This document shows positions 1-13,900 of a stretch of DNA of 64,000 nucleotides, in pieces. The stretch's first letter is position 1. The number at the start of each line of letters is the position of its first letter. The notes under the pieces are model-generated. The model searched no databases. It saw nothing but the letters and a program-made list of their open reading frames with translations, and was not told where the DNA came from. The position numbers and the translations under genes are program-made. Source of the stretch: Phoronis australis (taxonomy: Eukaryota > Animalia > Phoronida); the NCBI GenBank assembly GCA_002633005.1, contig NMRA01000349.1, positions 275,106-339,105 of the forward strand. The letters are read 5' to 3'.

Positions 1-1345
1 TGGATTTGACGTAGTTTACGCCACCTAGTGGTCATTTTTACTGTTTTCGAGTCTGTTGTTTTGCATCCAACCCTCTATCAACCAAACCGCTCAAAGGATG
101 ATTGTGAAAATTGGCATGTATGTGTTTACTATGTAGAGGACGGTAAACGATGATTTTCCAACGATTTCGACTGCTGTGGTGCCTCCTAGTGGCAGTTTTT
201 TTTTTTTTTTGCACCTATAGCTGTATCTTCTTAACCGTTCGTAGGATCTTTACGAAATTTAGTAACTTAAGTATATTTACATGATGTTAACAACGGACGA
301 CGACGACTTTTGGACGGATCCGACTACCGGTGTGCCCCCTAGTGCCAATTTTATTTTTTTTTACGTTTACCTTTGTATCTTCAAATGTCCATAACGGATT
401 TTCATGAAATTTGATATGTAGACACCTATTAGTGAAATGACGCTATCCTCCCATTTTCGGTTAGATTTGACGTAGTTTGCACCACCTAGTGGCCATTTTT
501 ACTGTTTTTTTTGCATCCACCCCTCTATCAACCAAACCGCTCAAAGGGTGATTGTGAAAATTGGCATTGTGCTTACTATGAAGAGGGCGGTTGACGATGA
601 TTTTCCGGTGATTTCGACTACTGTGGAGCCTCCTAGTGGCAGTTTTGTTTATGTTGCTCCTATGGCTGTATCTCCTAAACCGGTCGCAGGATCTTAACTT
701 AATTTAGCAAGTGTATTTATATGATTTTGACTACGGATGACGATGACATCTGACTACTGCTGTGCCCCCTAGTGGTAATTTTAGTTTTTTTACTTTTAAC
801 AAAGGTCCTCAACAGATTTTCATAACATTTTTAATATAGGCATCTATTGGTGTGTTGAGGCTATCTTCCTGTTTTTGAATGGAATCGAGGTATTTTGCTG
901 TTTTCAGATCTTGTTTTTGGCGTCCACCCCTGTATCAACCAAATCATTTGAAAATTGGCATATTATGTTCTCAGTGTGAAGATGACCTTTGATGATGGTG
1001 ACTGACTACTGTGGCGCCTCCTAGTGGTAGTTTTGTTTTGCACCTATAGTTGTATCTCCTAAACCCACTGCAGGATCTTTACTAAATTTAGTAAGTGTAT
1101 TTATATGAAAAAAACAACAGAATACGACTTTCAGGCGGATCCAACGGACACTGTGCCCACTAGTGGTAATTTCATTTTATTCTGTTTTCCTTTATTTCTC
1201 TGAATTTCCTTGACAGATTTTTATGAAATATGGCATATTCCTGTTTTTGGATGGATAGTATGTTTTTGCGCCATCTAGTGGCCATTTTTATGATACAAAT
1301 ATGTGACCCTAAAAGCACACCATTTGCAATGCATTCGTGGCATGC
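1..1345 (+). repeat. HINE-family internal tandem array (~150-bp monomers in ~460-bp triplets). Further fragments at 5278-5626, 7060-7425, 9290-9647, 17393-17817 and, inverted, 57350-57730
   Basis: Recurrent GCGCC(A/C/T)C(C/T)TAGTGG, (AAC)CAAACCGCTCAAAGGATG and CATGAAATTTGG blocks. Confidence 0.8.
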
Positions 1346-1424
1346 TATGAACAGTCCCACTAAATAAGATTGGTCCTAACCCCGCTCGTCAAGGTAAACG
1401 GTGGGGTATGGAAAATTGAACTAG

Positions 1425-3013
1425 ACCGTATTTATCCACCTTGGCTGAGTCGCGCTCAGCTCACGATCAAACGGGATGCCACCAAGCTGCTCTATTCATC
1501 GAGTCACGAGGGAGGATAATTGGCTTCGCTCATGCGGATATGATCAGCTGATTACAATCTACTTAGCAGACTGTACTTTTTATGGAGAGAGTTACAAGTA
1601 GTTTTTACTGTAATATTTGAAAAGAGGAGCGAAAACAAATATGACTACAACTTTGAATTTTTCAAATCAGCCCAGAATAAGAGATTTTGCAACACAGCAA
1701 CACTCACGATTACTTTCAATCGAACAAAAATATAGGACCCAAGTTATTTAGATTTTGAAACACATGCATTGCAATATTCAAAATACGTTTATTATGAATC
1801 TTACAAGCTGTAAAACGACGTTGTTTAATTTCATTGTGCTCATTCATTGTCATCCGTCAAATCGGCAATTTCCGAGATGTGATCTGTGGCGTGCGCGTAT
1901 GTGTACAAAACACGTGATTGTTATGTTCCTGAAGTACGAAAATTAAGAAACTTTAGCATGCCGTTATTATTGACAGGGACACGATAAAACGAATTTGGAT
2001 TTTGACTATAGTCTTGATACAGCGAGCTTGCTGACCACTGCGTCAGTGTCTCCGTTAGACCCCGAAATTTCACACAGCCTGGGTAGTTCACTTCGTTCCC
2101 AACATGTAGATCAATACTCCACGGTAGAGCTAACGACCATCGGCCTGTGCACACAAAATCTGTGAGTTAACCAGCACTCACCTTGCACGTTGCATCCGTT
2201 TAAATGAAAAAACAATCTAGTAAACACCATTTTCCTGCATAATCCTCCGCCTTTTGTAACAAAAAAGTCTATCGTCGATGACCCACACACGCACGCTCCG
2301 GCACTCACTCTCTTACGCAGACGAACTTCAAAACAAACGTCACGTGACAACAACATGTGTGTTCATCCAGAGATTTTTCTCGTGTTGTGGGGTACGATGT
2401 AGCGCAGATTTGCACTTAATCGCAATTAATCTGGAATCCACATGAACTTTAAAAATTGTAGAACATAAGGAAGATTTCAGGTAATTTGTTGAGTCGAAAC
2501 TATATTTTTATTCAAGAGTTCAAGTTTTCCTATTGACGATGGCGATTCAGCGACGCATCAGTCGGCAAGTTTTCGCCCTGTGATGAGCACAACTTTTTGA
2601 AAAATTATCGTAATTTAACAACGGAAGTTCGTAGCAATGCACCACAATTTTGTAGAAAGACTGTCATAGGCTAAAAATATGTCACAGAGCATAAATTTTA
2701 TGAATCCTAGCTTCCGATTTTACCCATTTGGGAAACCGGCTTTCAACTGCCGTAGGCTACAATAAGAATCCCCTCCCCGTGAAATTTTCTAAGCGTTTAT
2801 TAGAGCCAATACAGTACACAGCTTTCCACCAAGGCTAGGTGATGCTAGGACATTATTCTTTGTTGCATTAGTAACTGGTCTTGGCTAATTATCATTTTAT
2901 GGCCTGGTCATCCATTCAGCCAAAAGTGGTTCTAGAGGTGGCTTATCAGCCAATTATTCACGCATGCTGACTCACAATAGAAGCCTGATCAGAGTGAAGG
3001 TGGATAAATGCGG
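1425..3013. mobile_element. ~1.6-kb TIR element
   Basis: ACCGYATTTATCCACCTT inverted at both ends; internal 2060-2230 resembles 10615-10790. Confidence 0.55.
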
Positions 3014-3289
3014 TGTTCCTACAGTTTCTTGTGCTAGTGGATGTGTTCACGACATGGGGCGCATTTCAACGCTCCGCATTGCTCTTGTCAAATTAACTTA
3101 GACGTACCTTTTTTTTGCACGGAAACCATTATTTAAAAGTGTTTTGGACTCCCAATTGACATGTTAACTTTCTTACATCTACTTGTCGGAAGTCAGTATC
3201 GCACAATAGCTCGATGACTGTTTGAAAGTCAGGATACAAAATATTGGGCTGTGAAAAGGCTCGAAATAGATAATACTTTCAAATACACA

Positions 3290-3515
3290 TGGGTTAACAG
3301 TTGAACAAACAAGTTAGTTTGCAAACAGACAGGTTACTTAGTTAAGTTTTGACACAGAAAGGTTATTTAGAGAACGAACAAGTTACTTGCGCTGAACAGA
3401 CATGTTACTAAAGTACTTGTCGAATGAACATGTCAGTTCTAACAAACAGACTGGTTAGACGTCGAATGAACAAGTTGGTATTGCCAAACAGATGTAGTAG
3501 CGAAACAGACAGGAC
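3290..3515. repeat. ~40-bp degenerate tandem repeat
   Basis: GAACAAGTTA...AAACAGACAGGTTA units. Confidence 0.6.
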
Positions 3516-4859
3516 AGAAGGCGCTGTCACAATTCAAGAAATAGTTAACGTCACTAAGTCATTGGATATCATGAGCTCAGTAATGAGCACAAAAATTCCA
3601 CAAACTTCTTTTTGATGGTCTTCAGTGAAGAATTTCCTTCATAAGGCTGTTCTCAATTTGTCATCAAGCTCTCAATGTAATCCTGATGCGTTTGCCTCTT
3701 GAAATGAAGGTTGATAAATTTATCAACCTTCATTTCAAGAGGCAAACACATACACGTCTTCAAAGCTTGGTTCAGTCACGCTGCTCAAATAATTGTCACT
3801 CCATAATTGAAGTGAAATTGTTCATTAAGACATGCAATTACGGTTGATCTTGTTTATAGCTATTTTGTGATTGCATTTTATTGGTATATCTTGCCATTTT
3901 AATGATAGTCTGAAGATGACATCTTTAGCACTCGAAGGATTTCACCTCATCTTTACGTCTAGTCTTCATCAAAATTTGACAAAATATGAAATTTAGTTAT
4001 CTAATTTTGTATTCGCTGTGCTGCAGCAATTTTAGTTTTTCGTACTGTATATACTTGACATTTTTATTTCAGATTTTAAAAAGCATCTGTCACTTCCTCC
4101 AGTCCTTAAACCCTTAGACGTACTTACTAGTGAATTCTTGATTACTGAGAGTTGTGAATTCTTGCCTTAATTAAAACACTGCACAAACATTGATAATCAC
4201 AAACTCAACATTTTTTGTTAAAAAGCATATTAATCTGAACTTTTGTTTTCGAAAAACACAAATGCACGGTCAAGTTTATATTTGAACTTTATACTCTAAC
4301 TGCCAAACAGGAAACCATTTCTCAGATTTTGTCTACACTCTAGCAAAGGAGAAATCAGCCATCAAAATCTTTCAAACAGCATCCCAAGAGATTTTGTTTT
4401 TGATGGCTTATATCTCCCGACCATTATTTTAAGGACAATCAAAAATCTATCTGAGTCTCAGTGTTACTGGCCATAAACCACAAGATGAGTGTAAATTTTT
4501 ATTTGAATCATCCCATGTTATAAAGAGAAATCCGTGTTCAAAATTATCTACTGACACGATTGAAATCCAGAAGACCTAAAAATGTCCAGTATGCTATTGA
4601 AATCCATTTGAATTTCATATAAAACAATGACATACTTTGTTGTGCGCAAATCATGTGTTTAAAGAAATATTGTGTGTAATAATGGAAAATAAATTAAAGT
4701 GTGTTTCATACAATATGTTAATGTTGCATTTGTCAACAGAAGTTTTCTGAAGGTTTACAATAACCTTAAATTTTTAAATCTTTCTTGTAAGGGAGCTTGT
4801 AGTACCCCTCGTTGTTTGACATTTGATTGTACTAAACTCTTTCCCATTGTCTTTCCCAG

Positions 4860-4965
4860 CTTCTTCAGGCAGCCAAGGCTGATGCTGAAGAGAAGGCTAA
4901 GGAGCAACAGGATCTTGAGAAGGCACAAGCAGCTAGCTTCAGCTTACTGTTTGATGAGTTCCAAG
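4860..4965 (+). CDS. FAM114A2: FAM114A exon (LLQAAKADAEEKAKEQQDLEKAQAASFSLLFDEFQ)
   Basis: ttcccag| acceptor, |gtaac donor, 106 nt, phase 0-1. Confidence 0.85.
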
Positions 4966-7900
4966 GTAACGTTTGTTCATGGAGGGTTTGTAGACACCTT
5001 GAGAAGGCACAAACAGCTAGCTTTAGTTTACTGTTTGATGAGTTCCAAGGTAACGTTTGTTCATGGAGGGTTTATAGACACCTTGAGGAGGCACAAAACT
5101 GCTAGCTTTAGTTTACTGTTTGAGGAGTTCCAAGGTAAGGTTTGTTCGTGGAGTGTTTGTAGTGCATCTTGAGAACGTGAAAACAGCTAGCTTCAGTTTA
5201 CTGTTTGATGAGATCCAATGTGAGGCTTGCTCATGGACAGTTTGTAGAGCACGCAGGGATATACCTGGACGTCAAGTTTTTATGTGCCCACATATTTGTA
5301 TCTGGGTGCATATTGCCGTCATCTCTGTTTGGGCGTCCGTGTGTCTGGCATCCGCGGCTGTATCTCCTAAACCTCTAGAGGATCTTAATAAATTTGGCAG
5401 GTGTGTTCCTATGGGGTTGTCGACTGAGGGTGAAGAGTTTGGGACCGACCCGAGTACCGCTGTGCCCCCTAGTGGCAATTTTAATTTTGTGCATTTGCCT
5501 CTGTATCTGCAAAGGTCTTCAACCGATTTTCATGAAATTTCATTGGTACTTAGGCATCTATTAATGAGGTGAAGCTATCATCCGGTTTTCGGATGGATTC
5601 GAGGCATTTTCCGCCATCTAGTGGCCATTTTTATGCGCCCACATATTTATATGTGGACGCATTATGCCGTCATCTCTGTCCGTCCGTCCGTCCGTCCGTC
5701 CATCCGTCCGGGCGGCGTCCGTCCGGCGTCCGCTGCTCTATCTCCAAAACCCTTTGACATACGTTCATGAAATTTGGCACATATGTTCCATTCATAAATG
5801 GGACGGCATGTGCGAACTTTCGGACGGATCCGACTACCGGTGTGCCCCCTAGTGGCAATTTTAGTTTTTTACGCTTACCTTTGTATCTTCAAAAGTCCTG
5901 AANNNNNNNNNNNNNNNNNNNNNNNNNNNNNNNNNNNNNNNNNNNNNNNNNNNNNNNNNNNNNNNNNNNNNNNNNNNNNNNNNNNNNNNNNNNNNNNNNN
6001 NNNNNNNNNNNNNNNNNNNNNNNNNNNNNNNNNNNNNNNNNNNNNNNNNNNNNNNNNNNNNNNNNNNNNNNNNNNNNNNNNNNNNNNNNNNNNNNNNNNN
6101 NNNNNNNNNNNNNNNNNNNNNNNNNNNNNNNNNNNNNNNNNNNNNNNNNNNNNNNNNNNNNNNNNNNNNNNNNNNNNNNNNNNNNNNNNNNNNNNNNNNN
6201 NNNNNNNNNNNNNNNNNNNNNNNNNNNNNNNNNNNNNNNNNNNNNNNNNNNNNNNNNNNNNNNNNNNNNNNNNNNNNNNNNNNNNNNNNNNNNNNNNNNN
6301 NNNNNNNNNNNNNNNNNNNNNNNNNNNNNNNNNNNNNNNNNNNNNNNNNNNNNNNNNNNNNNNNNNNNNNNNNNNNNNNNNNNNNNNNNNNNNNNNNNNN
6401 NNNNNNNNNNNNNNNNNNNNNNNNNNNNNNNNNNNNNNNNNNNNNNNNNNNNNNNNNNNNNNNNNNNNNNNNNNNNNNNNNNNNNNNNNNNNNNNNNNNN
6501 NNNNNNNNNNNNNNNNNNNNNNNNNNNNNNNNNNNNNNNNNNNNNNNNNNNNNNNNNNNNNNNNNNNNNNNNNNNNNNNNNNNNNNNNNNNNNNNNNNNN
6601 NNNNNNNNNNNNNNNNNNNNNNNNNNNNNNNNNNNNNNNNNNNNNNNNNNNNNNNNNNNNNNNNNNNNNNNNNNNNNNNNNNNNNNNNNNNNNNNNNNNN
6701 NNNNNNNNNNNNNNNNNNNNNNNNNNNNNNNNNNNNNNNNNNNNNNNNNNNNNNNNNNNNNNNNNNNNNNNNNNNNNNNNNNNNNNNNNNNNNNNNNNNN
6801 NNNNNNNNNNNNNNNNNNNNNNNNNNNNNNNNNNNTATGTTTCTGTGGTGCTTTAAGCAACTGGTGTATAGGATGTGCTTGTATTATGAAGATTACTCAC
6901 ATTTTGCCCCTAGCCTATTGAGGAGACAATGACCATGCCTTTCCATTTTGCAAAGTATGCCCTCTACTGGCCACTTTATGGTACCAATAAACAACCCTAG
7001 AAGGATACCGTATGCGGTGCAATTGTGTGCGCATTTCAACGCTCCGCGTTGCTCTTGTTACTATTTTCAAGTCCTTTTGTTGGCCCCCTGTCAACCAAAC
7101 CACTCAAAGGATGATTGCGAAAATTGGCGTGCGTGTTCTTACTCTGAGGAGGACGGTTGACGATGATTTTCCGATGACTTTGACTACTGTGGCACCTCCT
7201 AGTGTAAGTTTTGTTTGGTTTTGCGCCCATGGCTGTATCTCCTAAACGCTCTACAGGATCTTTATTAAATGTAACAGATGTGTTTATATGACGTTGACAA
7301 CAAACGACGACGACTTTCGGACAGATCGGACTACAGGTGTGCCCCCTAGTGGCAATTTTATGTTTTTTACGTTTACCTCTTTATCTTCAAAGGTCCTCAA
7401 TGGATTTCTATAAAATTTGGCACAAGCACGCTTCACGGAACACGGCCTGAAGTGCACCAATTTCCGTGAAAAAAAACTTTCCATCTGCACGCTACATTAG
7501 AAAAGAACAAAAATATCGGATAGCAGAGACACTGAAAGTTTTCCTGTTGCAGTCTGTATAATGGTGATCTTTAAGTGCCTTCAAAAAATCTTTTCCGTGA
7601 AATTGCTATTTCATGATTTCATAATTATGCAGTCAGCACTTGAATCTGATTAACGTACATACACCGATGGTTCCCTGCATGTCGCTAGATGGCACCAGCG
7701 AGAGTACGTCCATAGACCGATGGTCGTACCCAAAATAAAGTTTATCAATATACTTCAACCTAGGTACGGTGTCCAAAAAGAGAGGCCTCGACAAAAAAGT
7801 TTTGGGTAGTCCTGGAAACCTGAAACTTATTGGTGTATATATTAAGATGTTTCCCAGCCTAAACATCAGGTTGAGTTGTCAATGAGTTCACAGTGAAGTT

Positions 7901-10900
7901 ATGTTAATCCCATTTGACGTTTTCTGAGTAATATTTTTAGATTCAGTGTAACTAAAAGTATGCAGGTGATGAATTTGGTATCGGAAAGAGCAGACAATGT
8001 TGTATTATTTTGCTTATTTTTGGTTAAGTTCTATTGCAGGAAACTGAAATATTTGACTCTAAATGTGACCCGACTTCCACTTGTAGGACTGGAATTGTGG
8101 CGGTGTCACACTGAGTCGCAACCCCGTCATATTGGAAATGGGTCAGAATGTTGCATTGGTATCATTAAGTAAACAAATATGTCAGCAAGCGAATAGGAGA
8201 AGTGGTCACAGGAAGCTTATGTGTTGTATGCCTGGCTCCTTTAATAACATCGAGATAAAAGATTAGCTGTACTAACGAATTCCCGAGGATCAAGATCTTC
8301 GTTAAAATGAATCCAAAACAATGGGTATAACTGAGAACAAAGGGCGGTTCAGTGAATTTGCTTCAGAGTACCTCGGGGCTTGAAGTAGGCAGCGCTCATG
8401 ATTTTGGAACATATAAGAAAATTTATCCCTATAAGAAATAACAACAAGCACTCCACGGTTGACGGAGGATTGTGAAAAAAAGATGTTTTTTGCTTCATCA
8501 AAACACAGAAGACCTGAGCATTCTCCCCATTGATTCTGCGTCTGGGACCAGGAAAGTGAAACCGGATACCAGAGTGACTGCAGTTCTGACCTGCGAGCAC
8601 AGCTAGATGGCAATGATATTGTTAAGAAAAGTAACAAAATTATTGACAGTATGAGGTCAAGAATAAGTGAACTAGAGGAGAAGTTCTCGAATGTGAAAAA
8701 TTTTTGGATGTAAACAAGAGCTATATCGCACTGCCAAAAAATTGGGTTAAGAAATGAATAACTGGCAAAGAATATATTATCATCTGCTTATTAAGCTAGA
8801 GTTAAAATGTGAGAAGTGGGTTAGACGGAATAAAAAACAAAATTGAAATAATTCATTCCACACCGGTTTCAACCAATTAAGGTCATTTTATGTAACTATT
8901 GTTGGTTATTAGAAAGATTTCATGGCATATATATGTGCACAAACAGATTTAATAACGTCATGGGTAAAAGTAACATTAAGCAGTGAGCCAGAACCCTGAG
9001 GCTTCTTATTCACACTAAATCCAGGCCAACCTAGCTGGTAAAGACAACATATTTCCAGTGCTGAAAAATTAAGTGTAAAAAGCCGTGCCGTGCCAAACAC
9101 TCGTGTGTTTCCAGAAAAAAGATGAGCGGACAAAAACAGCGTCACTCCTCCCAACAAGGGTTTTTCCGCACCCCTTTAACAAGAAGGTGGTTATCATATA
9201 ATTAACCAGCGATTTTCTGTTTTGTATTCCGTGCCTGCTATGTTCCGTCTCTGCTATGTTCCGTCCTTTTTTATTGCGTTATTGCAGTCATATTTGTATG
9301 TCCGGCATCGGCAGCTTGCTGTATCTCTTAAACTCCTCACAGGATCTTGATGAGATTTGGCAGATGTGTTCCTGTGAAGCTGACGACAGATGACGACAAA
9401 TTTCGGACCTGTCCAACTACTGGTGTGCCCCCTAGTGGCAATTTTATTTTTTTACGCTTACCTCAGAGTCTGTATCTTCGCAGGTCTTCAACAGATTTTC
9501 ATAAAATTTGGTAGTTAGGCATCTATTAGTGAGATGATGCTATCCTCTTGTTTTCGCACGGATTCGAGGTATTTTGCGACACCTAGTGGCCGTTTTTGCT
9601 GTTTTTGAATGTTTTTGGCATCCACCCCTCTTCCAACCAAACCATTGTACAGCACACATCACGAATTTATGTCCGACCGGTCGGACATTGGTCGACGGTA
9701 GTCTAGCCGACCAGCAGCCAACCAACAACGGTCGGCTAAGAGCCGTCTGCTGAGTCGCCTCTGTGGTCAGCACTTGGGTCGCCTAGCGTAGACGACCAAT
9801 TCGGATTAAACGTGTCCTTGGTCGGCAATTACCATTTTATTACTTACCGGGTGAACTTTGGCCAAACAAACATTTAAATGTTCGCTGTTCGTTCACCAGT
9901 GGCAACTCCGGTCTTGACATCAGTTTATCAACTTTTGTTAGAACTATTGAAAGGAGGTAAAATCGAATCAACCTACAAATACAAAGTGCATGACATTACA
10001 CCAGCCTAAAACTTTATGTTGAATTAATGACGGCGTGGTAAAATCAAACGTTAAGTGATATCGCGGAAGCATAATTTCTAACTTTAGATATGAGACTTCT
10101 TATACAGTACATTATGCATAAAAAACAAGCACGAAATTTGAAATTTTACAGTAAAATTGCATAAAAATCAGAATACAACGCTGGATGTTTCACGACCTCA
10201 AGTGTTTTCATGCCGCGGAATGCTTGACAAGCAGCACGCATTTGCGCTCATCCGTTATTGCTCTTGATCCTCACTTTATCACGCTGTATATTGCGCTTTA
10301 CCACAGATAATTATTGTTTATTTCTGTATAATTTCTTAATATGTTGGTACAGCAATAGAACCCAAGTTTATTTTAGGAACAACATAAACAATGGTTTGAA
10401 CATAGCGCCGATATTAAGATCATGGGCGCATGAAAATGGTAGAATGTGATCGGTTTATGGTGTCATCCATCGTCCATCATCATTCTGAATTTGTTGTCAC
10501 TTTCGCGGTTAAAAAATCGTTTCGAAGCTAGAGCCTCCCTATCTAGCCAGCTAGCTGTATGAAGACTATTTTCAAAATACAGCAAGGTGCCACTGTGTAT
10601 TGAGCTCAAACAGACCTCGAAATTTCACACAGCCCGGATAGTTACGCTCGTTACCTCTTCGTGAAGCTTGTATCAACATGAGCTAAAGACCGGCGGGTGT
10701 GCATGCAAAATCTGGAAGTCAGTTGGCATTCAACTTACCCGTTTTGGCCGTTTAAGCGAAAAACATCCAACGTCATCTTCTTGTGGAGTGCCTTTTGAAA
10801 CGAATGTTGTCGTTTTGAAAAGAGTACATTCGTGACACGCGCCACTTCCAAAATGTTTTCGACATGTCCCATTAGATGATGGCAACATCTCAACAATACT

Positions 10901-13900
10901 GATATCAAAATTCCAAAAACATATAATGAAGTGAAACCAATTCTGATCATTTGTTGTGACGTTTACTCAACCTCGAGGTAGAATGTTTGATTGAAGAATC
11001 TGGGAAAAAGGAACTGGTTAATAGGTGACACAATATTTCATTGCGTCGAAAGTCGATGCAAATGATCACATCATAACTTAAGCAGCTGAATAATTGTAGA
11101 AAATCAATTTTTGCAGGGCTGGTAAATAATTTAGATTACTCTAGGAAGATTTTATTCGGTCAGTTTTTACCCCCAACGGCGCAAATTTGTATATTTGATT
11201 TAGTAAACAGCTTCGTACCAAGGCTAAAGCCTTCCGAGCCCTTTGGCGTAACAACACAATACTTGGCGTTTCGCGTATACTCCAAGGGGTAAAACTTTGA
11301 AAATAATATTTTCGGGGTAACTTGGTACATGTTATCCTAAAGAAAGTAGTCTGTGTTTTCATGTAGAGCTTAAAAATGATTAACCCAGTGATTCAAAAAG
11401 AACACTCTCGCAAACAAAAACGCACGCAATTTTCAGTTCTATTACACAGGTTAAAAATCAACTTCTATAAGTTTATTGCATCGATTCTAGTGATCACCAG
11501 GGCAAGTCAAAACTCATAAGGGGACGCAATTTCAAACCTTTGGCAGGAGTCAGTGTTATAAAAATGGATTTAGACCGACGTTTATTCATCAGCAATGTAG
11601 ACACAACAGTTACAGACTCTGACTGCGTTTGTTAACGTCTTGTGGCAATGATAAAAGTAATTGTTTCTACTATGACTGATAACAAGTTTTACTCTGATGA
11701 GGTATGAGGCAATATGCATGCCTAATATGGAGATCGGCAGTTGCGAAAATATTAACTGGGTTTAATGAATCCGTTTGTTATGAACCACTGCAAAAGTATG
11801 ATTACTAATTGTACATTCGAAGCACACCTCATTAGAATAAAAACATACACATGCTTGATGATCCTGGGAGTACCTCTATTACAGGCAGGAATGAAGATAC
11901 ATAGTTGTTAAGCCATAGAGGATAATAAGGCTTATACATAATATCACACTGAGCCATCTACACCAGGCATATACAAATGATACAATATTTCAAAAGAAGC
12001 CTCAACTACTCATTTTTCATAGTATTACTAAATCACAAACACCTAGATTTATATAAGAAGTTACATAGTACAATGCTACACAACCTGCTCTCCCACATTT
12101 ATGGAAGGCCTAAGTGGAAACATTAACGAAATACCGTAATCGTTCGGGTTAATGCCCATGCTCAGTTAACCGCCCACCCCCTACTTTAAGTGGATTTTCG
12201 ATTTAACCGCCCACTGCTCGGTTAAGCGCCCCCCTGCGATTTTTGAAGATTTCCAGCTAAGCGCCCACCTCTCGGTTAAGCGCCCATGCCTGACTTTTAA
12301 AGAATGAAGATTTAGCGCCTAGTGCTAAGGAAACGCGTGATTCCCCGACTTTTAGAAAAAGATCGATGATCACAATGAGTGCAACGACGCCGGGACTTCG
12401 AGACGGTGGCTTAGCAATCTGAATTACAATACAGGTAACGAGTTATTGTCTTGGGTCATGAACTCACTTCAAAATATAATACTTGAACCTTTTTGTCTCT
12501 GTATTTTCTTCCCTTGTTTGCAAAGTTTAAGAACGTCACCTTCGTCAAAACCTCCACTTTCAGCGACTTTGTCTGCCGCGCTGAGTTTCCGTCTGCAGTG
12601 CCCTAGATAAAACATATATTCGAAAAAATCAGGCCAGAGAAATGTGACAATGGTTTTGCCAACCCTCCAAATTCTATTAAGATGGGAAGCTCTCGTATTT
12701 TGAACAAATCTCAAAATTCACGGAAAGATGTCAAATTCTCAATATTTTGATAAATATAACTGCCGGGTTGTAGAGGATGTTGGGCGACGGAAGGGAGAGT
12801 ACAAGTGCCTTACTGGGTTACCGATTTCGTTGCTGCCTGTCGATTTCTGAATTCAAACGTTGGTAATAATGTATGTTTGTGTATGATCTTGAAGTAATAA
12901 AAAACGGCTAGTCAAATTTTGTTTTCGCTTATTGCATCTCAGTCAAACTGGTTAGCAGATTTAACTAATGTCGCTGGCTGTTCTTTACTATTTCTTGCGT
13001 CAGCCCCCACGTAAGCGTGACTGTGTGAATTATCATTTCCACAGTCCCCTTTTTAGCCATCCAGAATAATTTTGTTTATACATTGGCCATTTTCAGCCTG
13101 AACAAAAATTCTTACCATTCGAGTAAGAAATATCTACGACGTAGACTGCTTGACGATAGTGGGTAGGAGATTCACGCAGCTAGTTACAGGGACGGGCTTA
13201 GGGAGCATCGAGCAGGGAAATATGGGAATAGACTTGACATCGCAGTTTTGGGGAACACTGGCAATGGAGGAATATCGTAAAGAACTGGGTCTTTCGTAAC
13301 AACAGCTTAAAAGTACATAGTCACACCCGTTTTTGTTACTTCGGACTGTCGCTATGTGTGACTGATTTGTAGTGGTGCACGTGCGCAAGTTCCCACACTT
13401 TGGAGTGCATGTTACCTTGACACCAACATGTGATTGACAGGTGACTCACACGTAGGCCCAATGTGTGTACTGAATACGGCCACTATCTTTGGCCATAAAA
13501 AACGAAATGCATATCGAAAGAGGCCATTATATTACTTGATGGCATTTCCAAGTCACGATTGTCAGCCTACTGAGACATTGCGCGATAACAGCGGGACCGA
13601 ACAGGGCCTCAGTGCGATATTACAAGTGATATAAATAGGATAATCTGGACATCTTGCATGAAAAATAAATGTTTTTCCACCACGAAGTTTGGTAAGATGA
13701 TCATTTAAGAATAATGAATTGAAACATTGCTGTTTTCTGACGTTTTGTAACATATTTATGCAGTTGCTCGAAATTTTATTCTTGATCGACGACTGGCTCG
13801 ACCACCCCCGATCATTGTCTTACTTCTTTGCATAGCATGTTTGGCGCAACGGCAAGAGAGCAATGCCAGGCTGTCGAGATAAGACAGCTAGCCCCAGAAC

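Noticed and set aside
4073-4119. Additional upstream FAM114A exon
   Set aside because: An acceptor-like site is present, but the donor is weak and the translation shows no resemblance to FAM114A.
4699-5572. 157-aa and 150-aa plus-strand ORFs
   Set aside because: They arise from the 81-bp minisatellite and HINE sequence; only 4860-4965, in another frame, fits FAM114A.
5798-6860. 352-aa and 323-aa ORFs in the ORF track
   Set aside because: They are open only because they run through the N gap.
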